DNA of 64,000 bases from Eutreptiella sp. 'Long Island Sound 2002'. Its lineage: Eukaryota > Protista > Euglenida. Below the pieces are notes generated by a model that was not told the origin of the DNA, ran no database searches, and saw only the letters and a program-made list of their open reading frames with translations. Location of the stretch: positions 27,156,001-27,220,000 of the forward strand of contig OZ038379.1 of the NCBI GenBank assembly GCA_964036045.1, read 5' to 3'. Of the stretch, positions 1 to 10,030 are shown one piece after another. The number at the start of each line of letters is the position of its first letter. Within the stretch, counting starts at the first letter, position 1. The position numbers were made by a program, and so were the translations under genes.

Positions 1-379
1 ATTTCTCCAACCCCCCCCCCCTCCTTCGGCGGGCGTCCATGGCACACACACCCCCCCCGCAGAGCAATTTTCGGGTCGCCCTGGCATCCCTGTGGAGGAG
101 GGGGGGGGGAGGGCGCTGCATGCCCATCGCAGCGCGCGGGGGGGGGGGGGTATCCCCATTGTACCGGTGCACCCAGCGCAGAAAACGGGGCGAGGAAGGA
201 GTGGGCCTGACAAGACTAGCTTGACCCACTTACAGCATGTTGGGGGGGGCGTGCCATGTGGTGGTGGGGCTAGGCACGGGGGCTCCATGCCCAGGCTGCC
301 TATGAGGTATCGGACCAACCGGCGCTCAACAGGTCCTTTTGGCAGCAGGCCCTGGAATATGCCGCGCGGCATGGGGCAG

Positions 380-3300
380 CAACACAGCTGATTGGGGGGG
401 GGTTTAATTTCCCCCTCGACGATCTGCTGCAGGCACCGACCACACTGCAGGGGCTCCTGCTCACGCGGCGTCTGGTGGATCCCGACTCAGAGGTGGCGGC
501 CCACGCGGGACAGCTGTGCTCGACCCCCTGTGCTCGTACGTCGGGGTGAGGGGAGCGCCCCCCACCCGCATCGATGGGCTGCTGGTGGACACCCGCTTGG
601 CAGCCCTGTTGCGCGGGTCCGAGGTGCCGCCAGTGTGTGGAATAGCGCACCACCGCCCGTTGCGGTTCGATCTGCACGCCGAGGGGGCAGTGCAGAGCGT
701 CGTCAAGCTCATGCGCCTGCCCCGGGTGGTCATCGAACCCATGCAGGATGAAGAGCGGATCCCCGTGGTGCAGGGCCTGCTAGACCCCCTGGGCCCACGA
801 TGGTGCGCGGAGCTGGCGGCCGGCCTATGGTGGACGTGGACCTGGGTGGCGGAGGAGACGCTGCGGACCCTCTCAACCCCAAGGTTCAAGCCCGGCGCGC
901 AGCTTCCGGTGGCCCCCTTGCACCGCAAGAGGGGCAGGGGCACGGAGCGACTGCTAAAGCGGGTGCGGCTATGCCTCCGCCAGCGCTGCACAACGGGCGA
1001 CCCGGTGGCCTAACTGGAGGCGCGTCTCCAGGCAGTGCAGAGCGCCCACACCCGCGGCTTGGGGCGGCGCCGCGGCTACTCATGGAGGCCTGGGATGCAC
1101 TGCAGCGGCGGCTGCAGCGCGTGCATGCGCTCAGCGATGAGTACACGCACCTCCGGGTGTCGGGGCCGCCGGACCGGCTACCCCGGCAGAGCTCCGGGGA
1201 CTACGCACAACCGTGCAGGGCCGCATTTGCAAAGAGCAGAGGCGCGGGGACAAAAACCGCCTCCAGGCGTGGAGGGATTGGCTCGATGAGGCCTGGTCCT
1301 CCAAGCAGGGTGCAGTCTATAGGTGGCTCAATTAAGGGCTGTACTTTCGCCCCCCGGTCACCTTCCTCGTCCAGCCCGATGGCACGCCGACGGTGAACCT
1401 GCGGGAAATGGATTCCCTGCTGCAAGACGTCTGGCGGCCCATGAACCGCAAATATGCGGAGGTTGTGGAGCCGGACCCGGCAGAATTTCTCCGTCGGTAT
1501 GGGCACCACGTTAGGTGTGTGCCCATTGGTCTCGGGACCCTCTCTCCGGGCCCGCCGTAGCGGATGCACCCCTCGGCTCAGGGCATGGACGGTTGGAGGC
1601 TTGAGGATCTGCGCGCTCTGCCGGACCAACTCCTCGGCTGGCTAGCAGAACTCCTGCACGAGGTGGAACGCCAGGGGCAGTGGCCCTTGCGCCTCGAAGG
1701 GTTACACGGCCCTCATTCCCAAGGAGGGCCCACTAGGGCCGCTAAACACGCAGCCACTGACGGTGCTGTCCATGGTCTACCACCTCTGGGTGGGGATCAG
1801 GCTAGAGGAGGCCGTCCGCTGCCAGGGGCGCACCCGTGTGCCTTCGGCTTCCGTCCGGCGCGCAGCGCCCTGGATGGCGCCACATTGACCCATGTACTCT
1901 TGGAGCTGTGCCGCCTGAAGGGGTGGGTGGTAGCGGGGATGAGTATCGATTACGTAAGTGTTTTGATCTCATCCCCCAATCCATCGTCCTAGTCCTGGCG
2001 TTGGAGCTAGGCATGGACCCAGGGGTCGCCAAGGCCCTGGGGTCCCTGTACAAGCAGCTCCGCCGGGCTTTCAAGGTGGCCGGGTGCTTGGGGACCTTGT
2101 GGCGGGCCACCAACGGAATCTTGCAGAGCTGTCCCCCCTCCGTGATCCTGTTGAATGTCCTCACCGCGATGTGGAAGTGGGAGGTGGAAGCCCTGCGGGA
2201 GCAAATCTGCGTGGCCACGGTATCCTTGCCGCCAGTCTTGGTGACGGTAGAGGCCGACAGTTTGTCGGACAGGGGAGTCAGGGAGGCGACTCTACGGAGG
2301 AGTCCGAGTCGCGGCTGCAGCTGCAGGTGCAGGGCCCGGGGTTGGTGGCCCTCGGGGCGTCGGGCTATGCTGACGACACCCAGGCGGTGGCGCCGGGGGC
2401 GGCGCCCCCCCAACGGACAGCCCCCACGACGGAGGCGTGGCTCACCCTGACGGGGCAGGAGTCCGCGTGGACAAGTCCTGCTCCTAGTTGCAGGGGGAGG
2501 GGGGGGCATAAGCGGTATTGCAGTGCGGCCTCCCCATACTGGTGGCGGAATGTTTCCGCCAATTGGGGGTGGACGTGGCCGCGGGAGGCGCCCGCGGCAC
2601 AGGTATGGTGCTGGTGCGGCGCCTGGACGCCGGCCGTAGTGTGCTACGGCGGCTCCCGCACCTTCCTGCATTTCAACGGAGGGTGCGCGCAATCAGCACC
2701 CTAGTAACGCCACTGGCACTCCACGGGGTAGCCGTCGCCCCGGTGACAGACCGGGACCTGTTGGGCCTGGAGACCATGGTCCTATGGGCAGTGTGGGGGG
2801 CGACGAGGCTCGGCCGCGGCAAGGAGGTGGTCTTTGTGGTCCTAGGACCACACCGGGCCACCGCATCTCCCCAATGATGCACACCGCTACGAGCGGGTAC
2901 TCTGGATGGCCCGGATTGCACGCACGCCGGGGCCGGTACAGGTCCTCATGCAAGCCATCTAGGAGAGCGACCACCGGCCCCAACGATTGGGCCCTTCGGG
3001 CGCTCCCTGCACGTGGTCCGCGTGCGGGGATGGCAGCTGCCCGAGGGCTGGTGCTCCTGGGCGGTGCCGGGCCAAACAGAGCCGCTGCACCTATGCGGCA
3101 GGTCCACCACAGGGTGCGGGACAGCCTGCGCTGTCATGCCATGCGCAGATTGGAGGCCCGCCGCCCGGCAACCTATGGTCGGCTAGGAGACGGGGTCGAC
3201 GGAGAGGCCTGCCGCGCAGCACTCCGCGTGGCATCCACGGAGCTAGAGGCCCCCCTCCTGCGGGGCTTGCTGGCCGGGGCGCTGTGGACGGCGGCCCACG

Positions 3301-4130
3301 TGCGCGGGCACAACATGCGGGCCACCTCGAGCTGCCCTGGCTGCAGCTCGCAGCACGAGGATGAGGCGCATGTCCCTTGGGACTGCCCGTTGTGGGAGGT
3401 AGCCAGAGAGGGGTGGCACGCTTGCAAGCAGCGGAGCGGCTGCAGCTGGGCCCCGACGCGGTGGCCGGCGTGCCTGCGACGAGCGGGCTCGCTGCCCTTG
3501 GTACTGTCAGCGGGGGCAAACCGCCAACAAGTGGACGCGTTCCTTAGACTGTACAGGCTGTATGGGATGTACCTCGCGGTGCTGGCCGCCAGGTATGCCC
3601 ATACCCCCTCAGGGGTGCCGGGGCAGGGCGAGGCCCTCTTCCCGCGGCGCCCGGCGCCTGGCGGCAAGGAGGGTTATCTATAGCAGGCGCTGTGCGGCCC
3701 CCTGCCGCCACCGCCGGCGGTGCCGGCAATGCGATTGCACCCGGGAGTACCGCTAGGATGGCCGTGGGAGCCGGTGTTTGCCCACAACCTGGTCCGCTGG
3801 GCAGCGGCCCAGTGCTGGTAGGACGGCCAAGGCCCAGGGGACCTCCACATGGGTAGAGCTGGCCCTGGACTGGGAGTTGTTCCTAGGCCGGGCCCTGCCG
3901 GCGTCATCCCACCATCAGTTGCGGGGAATGCGCCTCCCCCTCGGGGAAAGGGCGCAAGTGCTGCGGCAAGCGTTGCGGCTATTGCAGCGCCACATGGCGG
4001 CAGGACGGCTCCTGCAGGGGGACCCAAGCGACCGCCGGGCACTCATCCTGCTGGGGGGCTGCCTGTGTACGGGGCTGCGGGCGCGGCCCTTTTTCGCCGC
4101 CCGGGTGGACATGGTGCTGCAGTTGTAGGG
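380..4130 (+). mobile_element. Degenerate non-LTR retrotransposon (APE endonuclease + reverse transcriptase + C-terminal zf-RVT-like CCHC), frameshifted/pseudogenised
   Basis: APE-like motifs GGFNFPL (~397-417), PTRIDGLLVD (~562-591) and HHRPLRF (~650-668). RT motifs SAQGMDGW (~1575), GYTALIPKEG..PLTVLSMVY (~1700-1780), KCFDLIP (~1955), NGILQSCPPS (~2111), GYADD (2363-2377) and FRQLGV. Zinc knuckle CPGCSSQHEDEAHVPWDC (~3333-3386). The motifs are collinear but lie in different frames. Element ends are approximate. Confidence 0.88.
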
Positions 4131-5189
4131 CCTTGCGCTGCACCTGCAAGAGATGTGGCTGGACCGACTGTGCGCGCTAGCACGCATACGGCCGGGGGGA
4201 GCTAAGCGCTTCCTAATGGCTTACTTTCCCCGCCCCCCGGAAGGCGGGCCCGCTTGGCTGCCCGATGCCCGCCGGCCGCGGCAAGCGCGCGCTTAGGGAG
4301 TGGCCCGGGCGGAGGAGCAACGGCCGCGGCGGCAAGGGGAGGGAAAGGGCTCAGTGGGAGCACGGTGTGAGCAGCACAGCTCGCCATTGTCCGCCGCTGC
4401 ATGCAGCTGGGTTGCGAAATCAGCCGCTGCTATCGCGCGGGACACGTGGGGCACCGGGCGCCGGGCCACGCCCCCCCCCCCCCCCGCAGCGGCTGGCGCC
4501 AGAGGCCAGGTAGGCAGGGGCGAACGCGCTATCCGCGTGGCTTGGGCAGGCCCGACCAGCGTCTGCAGCGCTTACTCAGGGCCACCGAGATGCGGCGAAA
4601 AACATCGGGGAGCGACGCCGGGGCCTCGGCCGCCGGCGGTGGGGGTTGCTCCGCGGGGGAAAGAGAGGGGGGGGGGCGGGGGAGCCCCGCGGCGCAGGAA
4701 GTGCCCTGGGCGGGTCGGCATTAGGGTGGGCGCTCGCTGGCGCCGGCCCGGAGTTGTCTCTGGTGGTTGGCGGGGGGGAGAACGGATCAGCATCCCCCCC
4801 TTCCCGGTTGTGCAGGTCCCACACTCACAGCCCTCCCCTCGTCAGCCGGGAGGTTTTGGTTTGGGGCGCTTCGGGGATCTGAGGTCATGGGGGGGTGTGC
4901 ACCGGCGAGCCGCAGGCCGGCAGCAGCGGCTGATGCCATAGCCCAAGCTTTTGCACCTGGGGCACGTGGGTGCCCCATGCTCCAGGCAAAGCGCGCCCTA
5001 AGTGCCGCTGCTTGCCCCTGGCGGGCGGCTGCGCTGCGGAGCCGTGAGCGGAACGCTCTTGGACGGCGCCCAGGGGGGCCCTCTGGCGTATGGCAGGAGT
5101 GGCGGCCGTATACGGGCTGGCGCCCGCAGGCGCCGTGCCCACGTGTCCCGGCATTGAGTCGCCAGGCGCATAAGCTGCAGCATCCTCTC

Positions 5190-5570
5190 GTGGCTGAAAA
5201 ACACATAAAGAGGGTCTAAAACATGGTTTACGTAGGATATTTGATCATTATGAATGGTCAGAAAATCAAAAAAATCGGTTTTGAAAATTTCCACTTTTGA
5301 GCCGCCGAGAGTGGAAAATTGCATAAGCAGGTTGTGCCCTTGCCCCCGTCCAAACACCCAAATAGGGTGAAAAGCACATGACTAGGGTCTAAAACATGCT
5401 TTACATAGGACATTTGATTGTTGTGGATGGTGAGAATGTAAAAAAAATCAGTTTCGGAAATTTCCATTTTTGAGCTGCCGAGGCTAGAAAACTACATGAA
5501 CAGGTTGTGCCCTAGCCTCTGTGGTGCCCCCTCCAAAAAACATCCAAATATGGTGAAAAACACACCAAGA
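5190..5570. repeat. About 2.2 diverged tandem copies of a ~172-185 bp AT-richer unit
   Basis: agggtctaaaacatg at ~5212 and ~5383; ttttgagc(c/t)gccgag and caggttgtgccct each occur twice; a third partial start at ~5552. Confidence 0.8.
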
Positions 5571-7753
5571 AGGTATTGCGCTTTTATAGTCCGCGGGCCT
5601 ATGTATAGAGGTCGAGGGGCGGGGGGGAAGGGCCGATCTTGGGTTCTGTGCGCTCCCCCGTGGGTGCGCCCCGCCTATGGTGAACAGCGGCACGGAGGGA
5701 CGAGCCGGTTAAGACTATGTCTCTTCCGAACTCGCCCTCCCATGTCGCCGCCCAGGCAAGACTGGGCCCCCGGTGGGCGAGTCACCCAACGCCGCCGAGG
5801 ACGCTACTGCGGAGGGGGGTGGCATACGCTCATGCAGCTACGTCGCGCGTGCGGGCGCGCCTGCACTACTGTGGCACCCCGCAGGGCGCGCCCGCAGTCC
5901 TTGCGGGGGGGAGGTGCACGTGCGGCGTGATGTGCCTTGTGCCCCTTGTGCCTGTGCAATCTGTCGCTGTGCATTGTGCACCGTGCTCGGTGCTGCACGC
6001 ACACCTACACCTGCCTGCCCTACGTGCCTGGGCTAGCGTGCCTCACGCGCTGTGTGCTGTGCCAGTGGTGCACCCTCAACCTATGCAGCCTGGTGCTATG
6101 CACTGTGGGTTGTGCTCCGTGCTGCCTGTGCCCGCGTCGCTGTGTGCCCTACTTGCCCTGGGCACCCTGCCTCCCGTACGGGGGGGCGGGAGGGGGGGGG
6201 GGGGGCAGAGTTAGCATGGGGGCGGGATGAAGGTTGCCCGTCCCCTTGCGCCATCAGTGCAGCAGAAATGCTGCCAAATATCTCCTGCAGCCCCAAGGCT
6301 GCCCCCCAAGGGGGGGGGGGGGTCGCCTGTCGCCGCCAAGCGCGGCGGGCTCGCTCTGCGTGCTCGTCGTGGCGCGGGCACTACGTCGCGTTCTGGTGAG
6401 GGCGGGCGCTGCGGCTCCGATCTGCGGGCCGCTGTGTTGGCCTGCGCCGCGCCGTGCCACGGCGACGATCCCCACCCCGGTGTCGCAGGTGGCCGCAGCC
6501 GAAGGCCGCCAGGTCCATAGCGGACATGCTCCGCGCACCCCCCCCCCCCCCCCGCCCGCTCCCCAGCTGGCGACGCGAGGGAGGGCTCCGCTGACCCTGT
6601 GGCAAACGCGCCTTCCGCGCCTTCACCACCTCAGTCCACACTGCCGCAGCGACGGCAGCACGGCAGGGTAAGCACGGAAGAGACCTAGTCCCCTCTGGGT
6701 CGTCCCTCCTAGCTGCCGTGCAGACTCAAGCGGGGGGCTTGTAGGGGAGGCCATGGGCACCTGAACTCGACTCGGCCCACCTCCCCGCCCCTCGGCCTCT
6801 GTACATATTCCAGTGGACGCTAAAAGACGAATGCCCTCTTTATGTGTTTTTCATCCTATTTGGGTGTTGATGGGGGGGTTCTGAATGACTTCGTGACTAG
6901 CTAACTGATTGACGGACTGTGCTCCCTCTCTCTTCGAGGTGTCTTGCCGATAGGCAATAGAATTTTGGAACGGGCCCACTTGGCCCAACAAAAGTGTGCC
7001 ATTTTCTAGGTGTTATTGGTGGTGCCCCTGGTATGCAAATTCCCCTTGTGCCCACATGGTTTGCCACAAGAACCCCTTTGCAGGCTAGTTGGAGCTGCTA
7101 CGATTTGTCTGTAGGAGCCAACAAGCATCCAGTAGGCTCCAAGAAATAATTGCACCAGCGAAATTTTCACAGGAAATAACAACCACTATTCACCATTTAT
7201 GCTTGTTGTGCATGTGTGTTGGGCATTTTGAACCAAAAATTAGTGGTATTTAACAACAGAAGCCAACTTTTCTCTGCACAGAATTTTGCGGTTCCAAATT
7301 TGGCACATACCAATCCCCCGCCCGCTCAGTAGAAACAAGTGGCCAACAACCTCGCGCAACCATTAGCCTCCAAGAAAAATTTTGGATATGGTGCATGAGA
7401 AAGGGGCAGCCCCCTACTATGGGTAGGTGGTTTGAACCAGTGAGTGTGGTGCTTTTTTTCCCCCAACTAGGGGACACTAGGCATTTGAGGTATGATCCGT
7501 CAAATGTGTGTGGAATGTGGAATGGCAGCGTGTGGGGTCATTTTGGTGGGCCCAGCCTCGAGAGCCTACTAAGGGGAGGGGGGAGAACAGGTTGGAGGGC
7601 CCTCCCCCCCGGAGTTCGAGAGCAAAATGCCCCCCCGGAGTCCGAAAACAGGGCATTTTGCTCTGAATGAAACGCCCGTCCTCAAGAGATATTGCAACTT
7701 GAAGATGGTGGTGTTATGGCGGTGTGGTGGGTTCTTGTTGCACAGCGCTGCCA

Positions 7754-7785
7754 CTCTCCAATCTGATTTTACGACTTCCTCCCAG
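7754..7785 (+). promoter_or_regulatory. Candidate 3' splice / spliced-leader trans-splice acceptor upstream of the ALB3 start codon
   Basis: Pyrimidine-rich tract ctctccaatctgattttacgacttcctcccAG ends at 7785, 31 nt before the ATG at 7817. SL trans-splicing is general in euglenozoans; that this site is used is inference. Confidence 0.55.
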
Positions 7786-7816
7786 GGACGATTTTGTTGT
7801 TGTGAACGACCGAAGC

Positions 7817-10030
7817 ATGAAGTTGCATCACGATCCAACGCTTGCTGGAGCAGAAGGATATGATACTTTTGGAGGTGCGCCAAGGCAAACCAATAGCTCT
7901 CGCAGCCTTTGGGCATCCCTGCTCTTCTTCTTCGTTGCTGTAATTGCTGTTCTGAGCTGGAACCAACATACTGTCCACTCCGCGATGAGCAGTGCCTATA
8001 CCCAACTTGGGATGACCCGGGGGCTGCCTGCCATCCCACGTTATGGGCAATCCCTGACAATCCCGAAACCTGCAATTGCCCGTGCCCCAGTCCATGCCAT
8101 CCAACGGGACCGCGAAACAACGACTGTCGTGAGCAAACGTGAGGCGCCTTGGTGGGGTAACGCATTCTTCAAGCCCAAGGCCAACCCAAGGTGGTCACCC
8201 ATGAAGCCCACCAAGAATGCTCGAGTGAAGTCTCTCATGGCTTGGGCATCCGGGCTGGCGCTGGTACTGACGGCAATGTCACCCGAAGTCACCCAAGCAG
8301 CAACTGACATGGTTGACAGTCAATACTTGACTGCGGTGGCATCCTCTATGCAGGGCACTGTCCACGACATCAGCGGCCTGCTGCAGAACCTGCCACAAAC
8401 CCAGAATTCCCCAGAAGTTGGAGCTTTGGTGGAGTCTGTGACTCAAGTGTACAAGACCACGATTCACAACCTCGGTGCGCTTGCAGACGGCGGGATCGGA
8501 GACATCCCCAAGGAAGGCTGGTTTGACAAGTTCGTGCACCTCATTGAGAATAGCATCTTGGGGTTGAATGGAGTCCTTAGCAATGCCAACGTTCCGGGAT
8601 CTCTCGGAGTCTCCATCACCCTGTTCACGATGGCAGTGAAGGCTATCCTTTTGCCCGTCAATTTTGCGCAGCTGAAGTCCAGCACCCAGATGCAGGCGAT
8701 CCAGCCCAAGGTCAAGGAAATCCAAGAGCGCTTCGCCGAAGACAAGAACACCATGAACATCATGCTTGCCGAGCTGTATGCCAAGAATGAGGTCAACCCA
8801 CTGCTGGCCATCGTCCCAGCATTTGCCCAGATTCCCATCTTCATTGGTTTGTACCGAGCTTTGAGGGAGCTGGGGCAGCAGAATCTGTTGGACGAGCCCT
8901 TCCTGTGGATCCCGAGTTTGGAAGGTCCAACATTTGATCTGCAGACTGGACACACTCTCGAGTGGCTGACGCAGCACCAGCTGTCCAACTCAGACACCCT
9001 GGCCTATCTATCCATTCCTGCTCTCCTCATCGTCACCCAGACCCTGAGCACGCAGCTGAGCAAGCAGCCCGATGGCCCGGAGACTCCAACATGGATCTAC
9101 TTTTTGCCACTGTTGACCGCGTCGTTTGCTCTCAATGTTCCGTCGGGCCTCGCAGTCTACTGGATTGTGAACACCGTCGTCACTGCAGGCACAAACATTG
9201 GTGTCCGAAAATACTTGGAGAACGACCCTTCGATCAAGGCGGCTGCTGAAACGGACATCGACTCTCTGTCTGTGGACAGTGCAAAACGTGAAGCTGACAT
9301 GGCCCCATCTTATCAAGAGGCATTGCTCAGAGCTGTGGACAAAGATGCGGAGCTGTCAGCCGCTTTTGCTGAGATGCGTCAGAGCCCGAAGTCTGTCATG
9401 AAGTACTATGGTGACCGAGAGTTTACCGGGAGGTTGGCGGATTTGGTGGCCAAAGAGCAAGAAATCATGCTTGAGGAGCAGCAGAAAAGGAAAGCGGAAC
9501 TGGACTCAGCCCCCAAAATAGTGGCAAAGAAGAAGGAGGATATCTGCGTTGCAGTGAGGGCTGGCAATATGACGGGAGTGAAGGATTATTTGGCAGCTGG
9601 TGTCGACCCGAACTTCAAAGATGAGAAGGGCATTTCCGCCTTGCACTACGCTGTGGGAAAAGGTCGGATGGACATGGCCAAGCTGCTTGTGAAAGAGGGT
9701 GCTGACGTCAACATCCGAGATTTTGCAGATAACTCCCTGTTGCACTACGCCGCGGGCTACGGCCGGGAGAACATGATCAAGTTCCTGCACGAACAAGGGG
9801 TGGATTTCAATGCCCTGAACGCGAACAAGGAGAGTCCTCTAGATCTGGCGACCAACGAGGACAACTCTTTCTCTGACGAAAAATGCGCCAAGCTGCTCCG
9901 GAAGTATGGGGCGGAGGAGGGCCTCGCGGTGGGCCCCTTGGCCCCTGAAGTACTCGACGAGAAAGAGGCAAGGGCTGCCGGTCGCGCAGACGGTGAAGTA
10001 CAGGATGCAGAATTCACTGAGGTCAAGTAA
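7817..10030 (+). CDS. ALB3: Plastid thylakoid membrane protein insertase ALB3 (YidC/Oxa1/Alb3 family) with euglenid bipartite targeting presequence and C-terminal STI1-like + ankyrin-repeat extension (737 aa, intronless)
   Basis: The ORF track starts at GTG 7724; the first ATG is at 7817. The N-terminus has hydrophobic LWASLLFFFVAVIAVLSW, then a S/T/R/K-rich transit-like region, then a second hydrophobic segment LMAWASGLALVLTAMSP. The YidC/ALB3 core GWFDKF...AVKAILLP...MQAIQPKVKEIQERF...VNPL...IPIFIGLYRAL...FLWIPSLEGPT...GLAVYWIVN spans ~8516-9220. Ankyrin motifs SALHYAVGKG, SLLHYAAGYG and SPLDLA span ~9538-9910. Confidence 0.95.
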   Translation: MKLHHDPTLAGAEGYDTFGGAPRQTNSSRSLWASLLFFFVAVIAVLSWNQHTVHSAMSSAYTQLGMTRGLPAIPRYGQSLTIPKPAIARAPVHAIQRDRETTTVVSKREAPWWGNAFFKPKANPRWSPMKPTKNARVKSLMAWASGLALVLTAMSPEVTQAATDMVDSQYLTAVASSMQGTVHDISGLLQNLPQTQNSPEVGALVESVTQVYKTTIHNLGALADGGIGDIPKEGWFDKFVHLIENSILGLNGVLSNANVPGSLGVSITLFTMAVKAILLPVNFAQLKSSTQMQAIQPKVKEIQERFAEDKNTMNIMLAELYAKNEVNPLLAIVPAFAQIPIFIGLYRALRELGQQNLLDEPFLWIPSLEGPTFDLQTGHTLEWLTQHQLSNSDTLAYLSIPALLIVTQTLSTQLSKQPDGPETPTWIYFLPLLTASFALNVPSGLAVYWIVNTVVTAGTNIGVRKYLENDPSIKAAAETDIDSLSVDSAKREADMAPSYQEALLRAVDKDAELSAAFAEMRQSPKSVMKYYGDREFTGRLADLVAKEQEIMLEEQQKRKAELDSAPKIVAKKKEDICVAVRAGNMTGVKDYLAAGVDPNFKDEKGISALHYAVGKGRMDMAKLLVKEGADVNIRDFADNSLLHYAAGYGRENMIKFLHEQGVDFNALNANKESPLDLATNEDNSFSDEKCAKLLRKYGAEEGLAVGPLAPEVLDEKEARAAGRADGEVQDAEFTEVK

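Noticed and set aside
1802-6671. Many long Pro/Arg/Gly/Ala-rich ORFs on both strands
   Set aside because: Expected by chance in very GC-rich sequence, or antisense/off-frame to the decayed LINE.
7724-7816. GTG start at 7724 giving a 768-aa product
   Set aside because: In a eukaryotic context the ATG at 7817 is preferred. It lies just after a splice-acceptor-like AG (7785) and begins a plausible presequence.
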